NCBI GenBank assembly: GCA_944364615.1
Contig: CALVWF010000001.1
Coordinates: 193,840 to 257,839, forward strand
Origin: an uncultured Clostridia bacterium
GTDB taxonomy: Bacteria; Bacillota; Clostridia; Christensenellales; CAG-314
DNA: 64,000 nt
Direction: 5' to 3'
Shown: piece after piece, positions 1 through 9,417 of the stretch
Layout of the letters: the number at the start of each line of letters is the position of its first letter
How positions within the stretch are numbered: the first letter of the stretch is position 1
The notes under the pieces: model-generated
The model's database searches: none
Told to the model about the DNA's origin: nothing
What the model saw: the letters and a program-made list of their open reading frames with translations, nothing else
Position numbers and translations under genes: made by a program

Positions 1-171
1 TTGCCGTTTATATCATTTTAATGCGTCAAGTGTCGGTTATCCGACAGGACAAAGCGATGTTAAGAAAAATTCAACAAAACTAACCGTTAAAACGTCAAGC
101 AATACCGATAAAAATTTTCTGTATCGTTACAAAATCTTTCCCGTCCTCAATCACACGCCACAATGAAATAT

Positions 172-214
172 ACGGGAAAACAAAACCGCCGCACGGCAAT
201 TTTACCGTGCGGCG
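172..214 (-). terminator. Rho-independent terminator downstream of the RND permease gene
   Basis: GC-rich stem cgccgcacgg (187-196) pairs with ccgtgcggcg (205-214). An A-run at 172-185 on + gives the T-run on the minus strand. Confidence 0.6.
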
Positions 215-244
215 ATTGAAAGACTTTTACTCAGCAAAATTTAT

Positions 245-3200
245 TCAGTTTTGTTTTGACTGTTCGGATACGGTTGTCAGGTCGGATGATTCCCGATTGC
301 CTGCTACGTCACTGTCCGTTTCCGCGTATTTTCCGTATTCATCCGGGTTGAACTTGTAATTTTTGAAACTGATGCGTTTTACAATACAGTAGAAACAGGG
401 AATAAGCACCAGTGTTACAAGCGTACCCAGCAACAGACCGCCAAGCACCACGATGCCCATGGGTTGCATCAGTTCGCCGCCTTGTCCGAGACCCAACGCA
501 AGGGGAACAAGTGCCAGTATAGTGGTCAGCGTTGTCATCAGGATAGGTCTTAAACGTGAAGCACAGCCTTCGATTACTGCCTGTTCGGGCTTCATGCCCT
601 CTTCGATGAGCATATCTATCTTGTCTATCATGATGATTGCGCCGTTTACGATAACGCCCATCAGCATTATGATTCCAACAAACGACACTATACTTAACGG
701 AGTGCCTGTAATTACCAGAGCAAGGAATCCTCCCGTAAAGGAGAAAGGTATGCTCATGATGACCACGAAGGGTTTGAGTAACGACTCGAACTGACAAGCC
801 ATAACGCCGTAAAGCAACAGGAAGGCTGCAATCAGCGATATTACAAGGCCGTCAAAGGCTTCGTTGAGATATTTAGCGACGCCCCCTTCCTCATAGGTAT
901 AACCGGTGTAATCGGCAAGTATCTCGTTTACGTAGCCTTCGATACGCTTGGAAACCGTACCGGAGTCCACTCCGTAACTTTCCACGTCCAGAGCGATTTC
1001 GTAACTGTCGTTGAGCATCTTGATTACGCTTACGACTTCTTCTTTAATCAATCCGGTGCCAAGGTAATTTCCGTTGCTGTCGGTGGCAAGAATATCTTTA
1101 ACCGTGACCGAACTTCCGTCCGCGCCCAATCCTACCACCACGTTGAGCAGATCATCCAGACTGCCGACCGATTGCGACGAGAAACCAACAACGACATCCT
1201 GACTTTCGCCGTCCACGCTGATTGTCGCTCCGGTCTGTCCGGAAATACCCACTCTCAGCATCATTACCGCATTTGAGTAATCGACTCCCAACTGTTTGCA
1301 CTTCATCTTGTCTACCACTATCGAGTAGTTGACTGTCTTCTGAGCGTCCTGATTAATTACGGACACTATGTTTTCGTCGGTTAAAAGTTTTTCCTCTACC
1401 TTTAAGGCGATTTCGCTCAATACTTCCGGGTCTTTACCCAGTATCGTCACCGCCATACCCGACATACCGCTGGTGACCTCCGCCACGACTCCGTCCACTT
1501 CGGTAACGGAAACGGAGGCAAGATCCAACTTGTTTGCCATTTCGCGAATTTTCTGCGTAGTCTCGGAAGTGTTTGCAAGCGATGTGTCGATAGTTATACG
1601 TATTTTGCCGGTGTCTTCCATTGCCGCAAGTCCCTGTTTACCTACCGTAACGGCAATGTCTTTTACGACGTCGTCACCCAGTTCGGCTTTTATACTGTCT
1701 GCCACCTGCAACGTCGTGTCGTAAATTTCTTCCAGCGAATCCTGAGCGGTAAATCCTATATTTACCTCTATTTTGCCTTTGTCTACCGACGGCATGAATT
1801 CCATTCCCGTCATAAACACCAAAGATACGCTTCCGGCAAACAGCACCAATGCAACAACGCATATAAGCACTTTGTGACCAAGCGCTTTGCTTACCATTTT
1901 GGCGTAACGTTTTTCGCTGCGCAAAACGGAATCATGCATTTTCCGTGCTTTCTTTTCCGCTTTTTCCATACGCGCCTTTCTGCGCAACTCTCTCGATTCG
2001 TAGGAAACCGACGTAACCGTGCCGTCAGCGTTGACCACTTTCTTTTGCGGATTGCGACTGTAAATGAGGTGATACAGCGACGGTATGACGGTAACCGCCA
2101 CAACAAGACTCATTGAAATGGAGAACAGTACCGCCCAGACAAAGTCGTAGAAAATTTCTCTCGTAAGCCCCTGCGTGAACAAAATGGGGAAGAACACGCA
2201 GATGTTCGTCAGTGTTGAAGCAAGCAGTGATCCGGCGACTTCGCGCGTACCTTTTACGCAACTGTCGAATACCGAGTGCCCTTTATCGCGGTACTTGGTT
2301 ATACTTTCCAGTACAACTATACTGTTGTCCACCAGCATACCTATGCCGACGGCAAGACCGCCCAACGAAACCATGTTGAGAGTCAGTCCCATTGCCCATA
2401 TACACAGCAACGCTACCAGTACGGACAACGGCATTGTAATGGAAATTACCAGCGATGAACCTATACGTCTTACAAACAGATAAATTACCAGTATTGCAAG
2501 TATACCGCCGATGATTATAGAACTGAGCACGTTGGAAATAGATTCGGAAATGAACGACGACTTGTCGTCCAGCAGGAAGAAAGTGTTGTCGCTGTCTTGT
2601 GAAATTTCCTGCATTGCCTGTTTTACTCTTTCCACAACGTAGGTGGTGTCGGCGTCGGAACCGGCGTAAACTTCCACCATGACGCTTATGTGGCCGTTCA
2701 TCTGAGCGTAAGCGGTATAGTCCTTGGCTGCGCTGACCTTGCCCAACGCACACAGCGGAACAAGTACTGACCCGTCGGAAGATGTGTCGAAATCCGTCAC
2801 TCTTACAAACCGTATCGTGTCGGCGGTAAGATTGATACCCATCGAAAGATCCCATTCCGTTGCGTTGTACAACTCCAACAATTCTTCATCTGTAAAGATA
2901 ATATATTCGCCTAAATTATTGTATCTGTCGATTTTTTCCTGTTCAGACAGATCAAGCACTTTTCCCTGCTCGTCGATCCATCTTCCTTTACTGTCCGTCA
3001 GCCAGCCGTAGTTGTTGACGAGGAATCCCGAGGCATTTACATTGTTGCCATCTTTGTCGCTGTAATACAGTTGACCGTTGGAATATACGGGTTTGCCGTA
3101 GTCTTCGCCCTCTTCCGTAACTACGTGTCTCAGTTTCGCTTCCTTAAGCAAAGCGGTTACGGATTTAAAATTGTCTTTACGCACTATGCTTACAAACCGA

Positions 3201-4555
3201 TTGTCGATCTCGAAGGGAAGATCCTCGTCCGCCACTACCGAGCCGAACAGTTCGGCATACATTTCATCCGGAACGGCAGCAGGCTGGTCTGCCTGTTCCG
3301 CCGATTTCTTGTAATCTATTATTTGCTGCAAAACGGAAGTGTCCGCTTTGTCGACGAACCTGCACATTTCGGCTATCTGACTGTACGTGTACACATCTTT
3401 GGTACATGTTTCGTCGCAATTGGCGTGCGCAACGTCCGAATGGAACAGTTGCATTCCGGCAAAAGACTTTTCTTCGCCGTTTACCGTCTTGGTCTCGCCG
3501 TCGCTGAACAGCAATGCAAACTGTTCGTATGTTATGTCATTGCCGTCAATCACTCCGTCGCCGTTGACGTCACTGTCGGGGTAAACCGCTCTGAAATCGG
3601 CATATTGCGCCTGATTGTCCCGTGCTCCCTGCATAAAACTGCTTAAAAACGGCATGAGCGTTTTAAGAGAATTGAGTTCGGAAGACTGCATTTCGTCCAG
3701 TTTGACCATCATGTCGTGCATTCCTTCCGCCTGGGAAATGTAGGATTCCAGTTGCTGCAAAGTACACGTTTCGTAGAAATGCACCAACTGCTTTACCTTT
3801 ACAACGGAGTTTACCGTTTCCTGCGGCAAAGGCATACTGACGGGCAACATCATTATGTCGTATACGCTTGTAGCGTCTGAAGCATTTCGAACTGACACCA
3901 CACTTCCGTCGGACATAACCGAACCTATGGGAATGTCAAGGTTTTCCGCAGTCAAAGCCTGCATTATCAGCAGACTGGCAAGATCCAGTCCGTTTAAAGA
4001 TTCTATTTTAATCTGATTTACGGGAGCCCCTACAAGCGACACCGAACCGACGCCTTCTATACCGCTTACGGCGTCTTTCAATGCCTGCGCGTCGGCATTC
4101 AGTTTTTCGAGATCGTCCTCATTATTGTACAATGCAACGGTAGCCACCGCACCGCTGTTCATGTCAACGGCGATTACCGACGGCTCGTAACAGGATGACG
4201 GCAAAGAGATATTCTTTACCGCCTCGGCAACTTCGTCTCTTTTTTTGTCCACGTCAATGCCGTATTCGCAGGTAAGAATTACCATTCCGACATTTTCGTA
4301 GGAATAAGTCTCTGTTTCCACAACGCCCGTAACGGATTTCAGACCGCTTGCCAGTACGCTTGTAACGTCGTCCTGAACCGATTGCGCGCTTGCGCCGGGA
4401 TATACCACCGATACACCGAACATTGGCATCTTGATGTTGGGCAACAATGACGTTGACATGTCCATCGTAGCCAATACTCCGGTGGCAAGCAGTATGATGA
4501 CCAGCACGCATACCGTAACAGGTCTTAACACCGCTGTCTTTATAAATGTCCTCAT
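245..4555 (-). CDS. RND-superfamily (AcrB/HAE-like) efflux permease, 1436 aa, with a ~350-aa insertion in the first extracytoplasmic loop
   Basis: The N-terminus MRTFIKTAVLRPVTV...LLPNIKMPMFGVSVVYPGASAQSVQDDV is typical of AcrB-family permeases. There are two 6-TM bundles with a second large loop. Length is ~1436 aa against ~1000-1050 for the family. No adjacent membrane-fusion protein gene. Confidence 0.85.
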   Translation of the reverse strand: MRTFIKTAVLRPVTVCVLVIILLATGVLATMDMSTSLLPNIKMPMFGVSVVYPGASAQSVQDDVTSVLASGLKSVTGVVETETYSYENVGMVILTCEYGIDVDKKRDEVAEAVKNISLPSSCYEPSVIAVDMNSGAVATVALYNNEDDLEKLNADAQALKDAVSGIEGVGSVSLVGAPVNQIKIESLNGLDLASLLIMQALTAENLDIPIGSVMSDGSVVSVRNASDATSVYDIMMLPVSMPLPQETVNSVVKVKQLVHFYETCTLQQLESYISQAEGMHDMMVKLDEMQSSELNSLKTLMPFLSSFMQGARDNQAQYADFRAVYPDSDVNGDGVIDGNDITYEQFALLFSDGETKTVNGEEKSFAGMQLFHSDVAHANCDETCTKDVYTYSQIAEMCRFVDKADTSVLQQIIDYKKSAEQADQPAAVPDEMYAELFGSVVADEDLPFEIDNRFVSIVRKDNFKSVTALLKEAKLRHVVTEEGEDYGKPVYSNGQLYYSDKDGNNVNASGFLVNNYGWLTDSKGRWIDEQGKVLDLSEQEKIDRYNNLGEYIIFTDEELLELYNATEWDLSMGINLTADTIRFVRVTDFDTSSDGSVLVPLCALGKVSAAKDYTAYAQMNGHISVMVEVYAGSDADTTYVVERVKQAMQEISQDSDNTFFLLDDKSSFISESISNVLSSIIIGGILAILVIYLFVRRIGSSLVISITMPLSVLVALLCIWAMGLTLNMVSLGGLAVGIGMLVDNSIVVLESITKYRDKGHSVFDSCVKGTREVAGSLLASTLTNICVFFPILFTQGLTREIFYDFVWAVLFSISMSLVVAVTVIPSLYHLIYSRNPQKKVVNADGTVTSVSYESRELRRKARMEKAEKKARKMHDSVLRSEKRYAKMVSKALGHKVLICVVALVLFAGSVSLVFMTGMEFMPSVDKGKIEVNIGFTAQDSLEEIYDTTLQVADSIKAELGDDVVKDIAVTVGKQGLAAMEDTGKIRITIDTSLANTSETTQKIREMANKLDLASVSVTEVDGVVAEVTSGMSGMAVTILGKDPEVLSEIALKVEEKLLTDENIVSVINQDAQKTVNYSIVVDKMKCKQLGVDYSNAVMMLRVGISGQTGATISVDGESQDVVVGFSSQSVGSLDDLLNVVVGLGADGSSVTVKDILATDSNGNYLGTGLIKEEVVSVIKMLNDSYEIALDVESYGVDSGTVSKRIEGYVNEILADYTGYTYEEGGVAKYLNEAFDGLVISLIAAFLLLYGVMACQFESLLKPFVVIMSIPFSFTGGFLALVITGTPLSIVSFVGIIMLMGVIVNGAIIMIDKIDMLIEEGMKPEQAVIEGCASRLRPILMTTLTTILALVPLALGLGQGGELMQPMGIVVLGGLLLGTLVTLVLIPCFYCIVKRISFKNYKFNPDEYGKYAETDSDVAGNRESSDLTTVSEQSKQN

Positions 4556-4813
4556 GGCTGTTCCTCCGAATGATACGCAAATGCAATATTAGAAAACATT
4601 GCTCATTTATATTTTATAAAATTATAAAATAATTAAAACTCAAAGTCAATGTCATTTGCCTTTACTTTTCTTGACAACGACCGCAAGGCTGTAAACTAAC
4701 AATACAACCTTCACCGAGATGTATAAACAACATTGACATTTACAGCGCACCGACAGCGAGAGCCGCAAAAACCTTAACAGGGCAAAAGCACAAAAAAAAA
4801 TATCTTTTAATTG

Positions 4814-4842
4814 TTGACTTTTAATTGCCGTTGCTGTATAAT
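4814..4842 (+). promoter_or_regulatory. Sigma-70/SigA-type promoter for tRNA-Arg
   Basis: TTGACT (4814-4819), 17-nt spacer, TATAAT (4837-4842), about 44 nt upstream of the tRNA. Confidence 0.5.
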
Positions 4843-4885
4843 TGATTAGCATTAGCGAAAGGCTTACGCAAAAACAGGATATTAT

Positions 4886-4962
4886 GCGCCTTTAGCTCAA
4901 TTGGATAGAGCGTTGGTCTACGGAACCAAAGGTTAGGGATTCGAGCTCCTTAAGGCGCGCCA
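4886..4962 (+). tRNA. tRNA-Arg (anticodon ACG), CCA encoded
   Basis: Cloverleaf folded by hand. Acceptor GCGCCTT/AAGGCGC, D-arm GCTC..GAGC, anticodon stem TTGGT/ACCAA with loop CTACGGA, T-loop TTCGAGC, discriminator G then CCA. Confidence 0.9.
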
Positions 4963-4966
4963 AAGT

Positions 4967-5019
4967 ATAATCCGAACCTCAAACCGATTTTAGTCGGCGG
5001 AGCGTTCGGATTATTTTTT
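4967..5019 (+). terminator. Rho-independent terminator after tRNA-Arg
   Basis: ataatccgaac (4967-4977) pairs with gttcggattat (5004-5014), followed by TTTTTT. Confidence 0.7.
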
Positions 5020-5062
5020 ATAAGCTTATACAGGTGACTTCCCTCTTTTACTATGCTATAAT

Positions 5063-5839
5063 ATGTATATGAATATAAAATCGGTTATAAAATACCTAAT
5101 TATTACGTTTGTCATAACTTATACTTGTTGGTGGGGCGTAGCCGCGCTTGTAGCATATACTGATTTTGTGTATGGGGACATATTGCCGACAATTATATAC
5201 ATTATAGGTAACTTCGGTCCAGCCATTGCCGCACTATTTTGCATCGATGACAGACCATATCTACGCTCACTGAAAAATTTTTTGTTTTCATACAAGAAAC
5301 ACGGGGTGTTGTTTTTCCTTTTATTTGTTGCCCTCGTTACGCTCACGGTATCGCTTTCTTCAATGGAATGGAATCCTCAAATGACGGCATTGAACTTTTT
5401 TATTACCTTGCTTGGCTCAACCTTTGTTTACGGTGGTGAAGAAGAACTTGGTTGGCGCGGCGTTTTGCAACCCGTATTGTCAAAGAAAATTACATTTCCG
5501 CTTGCCGCCTTCGCGTGCGGTGTAATATGGGCGTTATGGCATTTACCGCTTTGGTTTATAGAAGGACACCCCAACCAGTCGATGCCCTTTTGGGTACAGG
5601 CTACACTTGGAATATTTCTTTGCTTTTGGATTGGCATAATTTATGAGCGGTCTAAATGCCTTCCGCTGTGTATGGTCTTCCATGGTTTTGTCAATGTGAT
5701 TCTATCATCGTTCGTATTAAAAATAAATTGGGTACTTATTTTAGGAATCATACTGACTACAGCCGTAGCAATCGTCCTTTGGTTGCTTGACATAAAGTGC
5801 ACAAAATCTTTAAATAATCAGCCGTCGAAAACTAAATAG
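5063..5839 (+). CDS. CPBP family intramembrane glutamic endopeptidase (CAAX protease/Abi-like)
   Basis: Polytopic membrane protein carrying the three CPBP motifs: EEELGWRG (EExxxR), WALWHLPLW (FxxxH-type) and FHGFVN (HxxxN). Confidence 0.8.
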   Translation: MYMNIKSVIKYLIITFVITYTCWWGVAALVAYTDFVYGDILPTIIYIIGNFGPAIAALFCIDDRPYLRSLKNFLFSYKKHGVLFFLLFVALVTLTVSLSSMEWNPQMTALNFFITLLGSTFVYGGEEELGWRGVLQPVLSKKITFPLAAFACGVIWALWHLPLWFIEGHPNQSMPFWVQATLGIFLCFWIGIIYERSKCLPLCMVFHGFVNVILSSFVLKINWVLILGIILTTAVAIVLWLLDIKCTKSLNNQPSKTK

Positions 5840-5996
5840 TTTTCGTGAAACGTAAATAGAAGTATATCCCACCATACTTCGCAAGCAAAGCCCCGGACAT
5901 CAAAAGAGGCTCAATCCACGCAAGAGAAAATTGGTTTAGAGAAAACCTCCCCCTGTCAGGTTTGAAGTTCGGATTTTAATTTGATTTCTGCGTCAG

Positions 5997-6037
5997 AAAC
6001 GGTCAAAACCAATCGGTTTTGACCGTTTTTCTTTTTT
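5997..6037 (+). terminator. Terminator-like palindromic hairpin (aaacggtcaaaacc / ggttttgaccgttt + T-run)
   Basis: 13-bp perfect stem, 4-nt loop, T-run to 6037. It lies ~150 nt after the CPBP stop. A related hairpin occurs at 9262-9294. Confidence 0.5.
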
Positions 6038-6365
6038 ATGCTGCTTTTTGCCCTTATCATATAAGCGTATAAAAATACTAATCTGAACAGTCGATTTTTA
6101 TAAGAACAAAAACTGCCTGTACCGTATAAATTATTGAGTCTTTTAAAAACAAAAAAAACGGCTCCGTTTCAATAACTGTTATGATAAAAATATAAAACCG
6201 TGTAAGACGAACGCTTTATTGTTTTTACTTTTTATTGTCCCTTATCGTTGATATAGGCACTTCTCTTGCCAAAACTAAAGCCCCGTTTATCGGACACGGG
6301 GCTTTAATCTGTTTCTCATATCAATCCGAAAAACAGAATGTTTTAATGTCTTATTCAAAATCATT

Positions 6366-6837
6366 TTACCAACGGATAAATTTTCTCAACAAGCGCGCCT
6401 TTGATGATTTTCCTTTTGAAAAGAATTGCGCATACGCAGTATATAACCGCAATCGCACCAACCGTGCTTCCCTATTGCGGTGTCGGCGGAAGTATAGACC
6501 GCGACAGACTTGTGATATTCCGCTAATCCGAATTGCACGGTGCCGTCTTTCCACGTCCGGTCTTCGGAAAGCGTTACTTCTTGAAGAGTACCCGTACACG
6601 CACACGGTAAAGCATGTCGGCAGAGTTTAAGAAGAAACAGATTTTGTCCATTGTAATTTCAAGGAAGGCATTTAAAACTACAATTTCTTCGCTTACGGCG
6701 GAAAAGCCGAACTTTATACAAGAAGTTTTGCAGACAACGTTAAAAATCAATATTTGTTTACCTGTCTTGCGTGCGATGATGTACATACCCGTTTGCCACT
6801 GCTGAAATAACGGCTTACGAACGTAAGGATAAGGCAA
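6366..6837 (-). pseudogene. Possible decayed gene, with coding signal split over three frames and ending in a membrane-anchor-like segment
   Basis: Minus-strand frame A: ...PYPYVRKPLFQQWQTGMYIIARKTGKQILIFNVV... Frame B: GTLQEVTLSEDRTWKDGTVQFGLAEYHKSVAVYTSADTAIG. Frame C: STVGAIAVIYCVCAILFKRKIIKGALVEKIYPLVK*. A hairpin at 6278-6308 lies downstream. No family recognised. Confidence 0.3.
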
Positions 6838-6940
6838 ACTTCGGTAATTCTATTTTTGCGGTAAATATGCTCAAGCAAGACATTTACACACTGCGGCTTT
6901 TAACAGCGTTAACCTTTTACAAATTTTGGTGTACGTAGTT

Positions 6941-7492
6941 TTACAATTTAAAATATTTGTCTGCGTCATGTCCCAGAAGACGCATTATTGTCAGTTCGTC
7001 AAGAGCGTCCAGCAAGGCGTTGTGCGTTTCGAAATATCCGTTGTCACCGGAAAGTATACGCAACATCGACTGAACTCCGTAGCCCGACTTCAATCTGCCT
7101 GTACTGAACAACGGAGCGCCGTGCGGAATCATCGGATTGTACTGAACGTATGCGGCAAGCCTCATTATGTCGTACCATTGAAAGTTTAAAAGTTCGGGCA
7201 GGTGCATTTTGTCAAACAGCGCGTTGTACGCGAAAATGTGCGTTGTGTCGTGTTCGGAACAGATTCTTGCAATGTCTTGCATTGCGTCCTGTCTCGAACA
7301 TACCGTAGGTTTGCCCGCACGCTTGTGCCCCAACGCATAGGAATACATCCCTCCGAAGGTATATTCGGGATAAAGTACGTAATATTTAGTTTCCACGGGA
7401 CGCATGTCACAAGCGTCCGCCACGACAATTCCTACCGACATGACCTTGTCTGTCCACGTCGTTTCAGTGTCGATCACCACAAATTTATCCAT
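6941..7492 (-). CDS. DEDDh 3'-5' exonuclease (DnaQ/epsilon-like, stand-alone)
   Basis: ExoI VIDTETT, ExoII AYNALFD, ExoIII HNALLDALDE. RBS ggagtg lies upstream of the ATG. Confidence 0.75.
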   Translation of the reverse strand: MDKFVVIDTETTWTDKVMSVGIVVADACDMRPVETKYYVLYPEYTFGGMYSYALGHKRAGKPTVCSRQDAMQDIARICSEHDTTHIFAYNALFDKMHLPELLNFQWYDIMRLAAYVQYNPMIPHGAPLFSTGRLKSGYGVQSMLRILSGDNGYFETHNALLDALDELTIMRLLGHDADKYFKL

Positions 7493-7794
7493 TGTTCACT
7501 CCGTGTTCTGCTTATATGATACCTTAGAGTCAGACAAATTTCAACAAAATAACGCATGTTTCAAATGCGCGCCCTGTTGCAAACGTTGGGCAAAAGGAGT
7601 CACTCCGCTGACAGATAAAGTTACAACGCTTAGCCGTACAAAACGTAAACCGACGAACATACTGCTCATATTGTGTATTGCAAAAGCGTCCGCACACGTT
7701 TAAAAAGTACCCAATTTGTTTAACGAAAATATAAATAAACAAAAAACGTACCGACGTCAGACAGGAAGTTTCAAATATCTGCCGTTTGTTTAAA

Positions 7795-8259
7795 TCAGAC
7801 TCTTGCTATATCTGCAAATCGCGCGTTTGTTATGCGAACAAGATCTGCCGACGCCAATTCCACCTGAACTCCGACCTTGCCTCCGCTGACAAATATTGTT
7901 TTGCCATCGGCGGAACTGTCCAGAAATGTCGGAAAAAGTTTCTTCATCCCGACAGGCGAACAACCGCCGTGAATGTATCCCGTAACAGGCAAAAGAGATT
8001 TCTGCGGTAGCATTTCCACCGCTTTTTCGCCTGCCGCTTTTGCTGCTTTTTTTAAATCCAACTCAGAGGCTACGGGTACTACAAACACATAAAACCTGCC
8101 TGCTCCCGCCGTCGTCACCAGTGTCTTGTAGACTCTGTCTGCGTCCTGACCGAGAACGGCGGCAACCTCTACTCCGGACAACGCACCGCCGTCGCAGGTG
8201 TGAACATTGTAAGTTACTCCCTCTTTTTCGATAATTCTCATCGCGTTTGTCTTGATCAT
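7795..8259 (-). CDS. ybaK: Cys-tRNA(Pro)/Cys-tRNA(Cys) deacylase YbaK
   Basis: MIKTNAMRIIEKEGVTYNVH... and ...GYIHGGCSPVGMKK... are YbaK hallmarks. Start moved to the ATG at 8259, which is preceded by GGAGGAG. The ORF track begins at 8316. Confidence 0.85.
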   Translation of the reverse strand: MIKTNAMRIIEKEGVTYNVHTCDGGALSGVEVAAVLGQDADRVYKTLVTTAGAGRFYVFVVPVASELDLKKAAKAAGEKAVEMLPQKSLLPVTGYIHGGCSPVGMKKLFPTFLDSSADGKTIFVSGGKVGVQVELASADLVRITNARFADIARV

Positions 8260-9417
8260 AATCTCCTCCGTAATTTCCGACCGCACTATTTTAGCACTTT
8301 TGTCTGCAAAGAGCAATAAATTGCCTTGCTGTTTTTTCCGAGTGTTTTGGCATAATGCGGTAAACCGCGCAAAAATTCAATCACGTGACTTAACAATCCG
8401 ATTATTTTAAAAGTCTCTCAATGCAATGTCGCGACTGTAAACGGTCGGTGAAATTCGCTGTCGGAATACCGTCCTGTTCGTGCAGAAATCAAGACCGACG
8501 GTCAGTAAAAATGCGTTGAGAAAAATCGGTTGCATTTGTCGATATCAGTGTAAAACCCGAAAGAACCGTAACTTTACTCACGTAAATATTTCAATCGCCA
8601 GACAATCAAAGCCAAAAGCCAACGCCTCTTCGTGACTGTAAATCCGCAAGTCATCAGCCTTTATCGATTCATCGCGTAAAACATTTTTTACTTTATAAAT
8701 CCTTCATAAAATATAAACTAAATAATTCGTTTCATATAAACAACCATTAACTCGGCACCTGACATTTTGCGTATATGCGTTTGATTGCAAGACAAATTTC
8801 AACTTTTAATTGCTCTTTTCGTCCATGCCGTATCGGCAATCAGGCGACACAATAAATTGCACCTTGTTACACGTCAAACCCTGCAATATACTTTTACGCC
8901 AATTAATGTAACACTTGAAATACAACAATGACACAAACCATTCGGACATTGACCGTCACGTCACAATAAAAGACGGTAAAACTTGTCTTTAAATATTGGG
9001 TATGGTATACTGATTACACTGTACGTAAAACACTTGTCTTGATGTATTTATTCTGATTTTATTGACTCGGTGATCATTGAAAAACTGCGGTAAAAATCAG
9101 TGGAAGTCAAACATTCAACACATCTTAAATGGGCAGTAGCGCCGTCATCTTATTGGCGAATCCCGACAAAAACAATGTCTTCAAATACTTTCGACCGACG
9201 TACGACAATTACTTCCGTGTTTTTGGCATTTGCCGACGCAACAAATATTCAAGCACGCTCCAAACGGTCAGAATCGGCGGATTTTGACCGTTTTCTGATT
9301 ATTTGATACTACTGCAATACGAAGGACGTTCGATGCGCAAAGGCACCCTCATTAAACGCGGCAAAACAATCGCAATCAATTTAAAGCAATAAAAATAAAA
9401 ATCAAAAGCGAGGTAAA

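Noticed and set aside
339-4586. Numerous 60-190-aa ORFs on both strands within the RND gene (for example 3071-3646 +, 2283-2855 -)
   Set aside because: All overlap the 1436-aa RND reading frame. They are Arg/Cys/His-rich off-frame or antisense products without start signals.
4652-4852. 66-aa minus-strand ORF between the RND gene and tRNA-Arg
   Set aside because: It overlaps the predicted tRNA promoter and has no SD. I consider it intergenic.
9100-9306. 68-aa ORF in the non-coding stretch upstream of the recombinase
   Set aside because: It has no SD and an odd composition, and it ends inside the palindromic hairpin. It is likely spurious.
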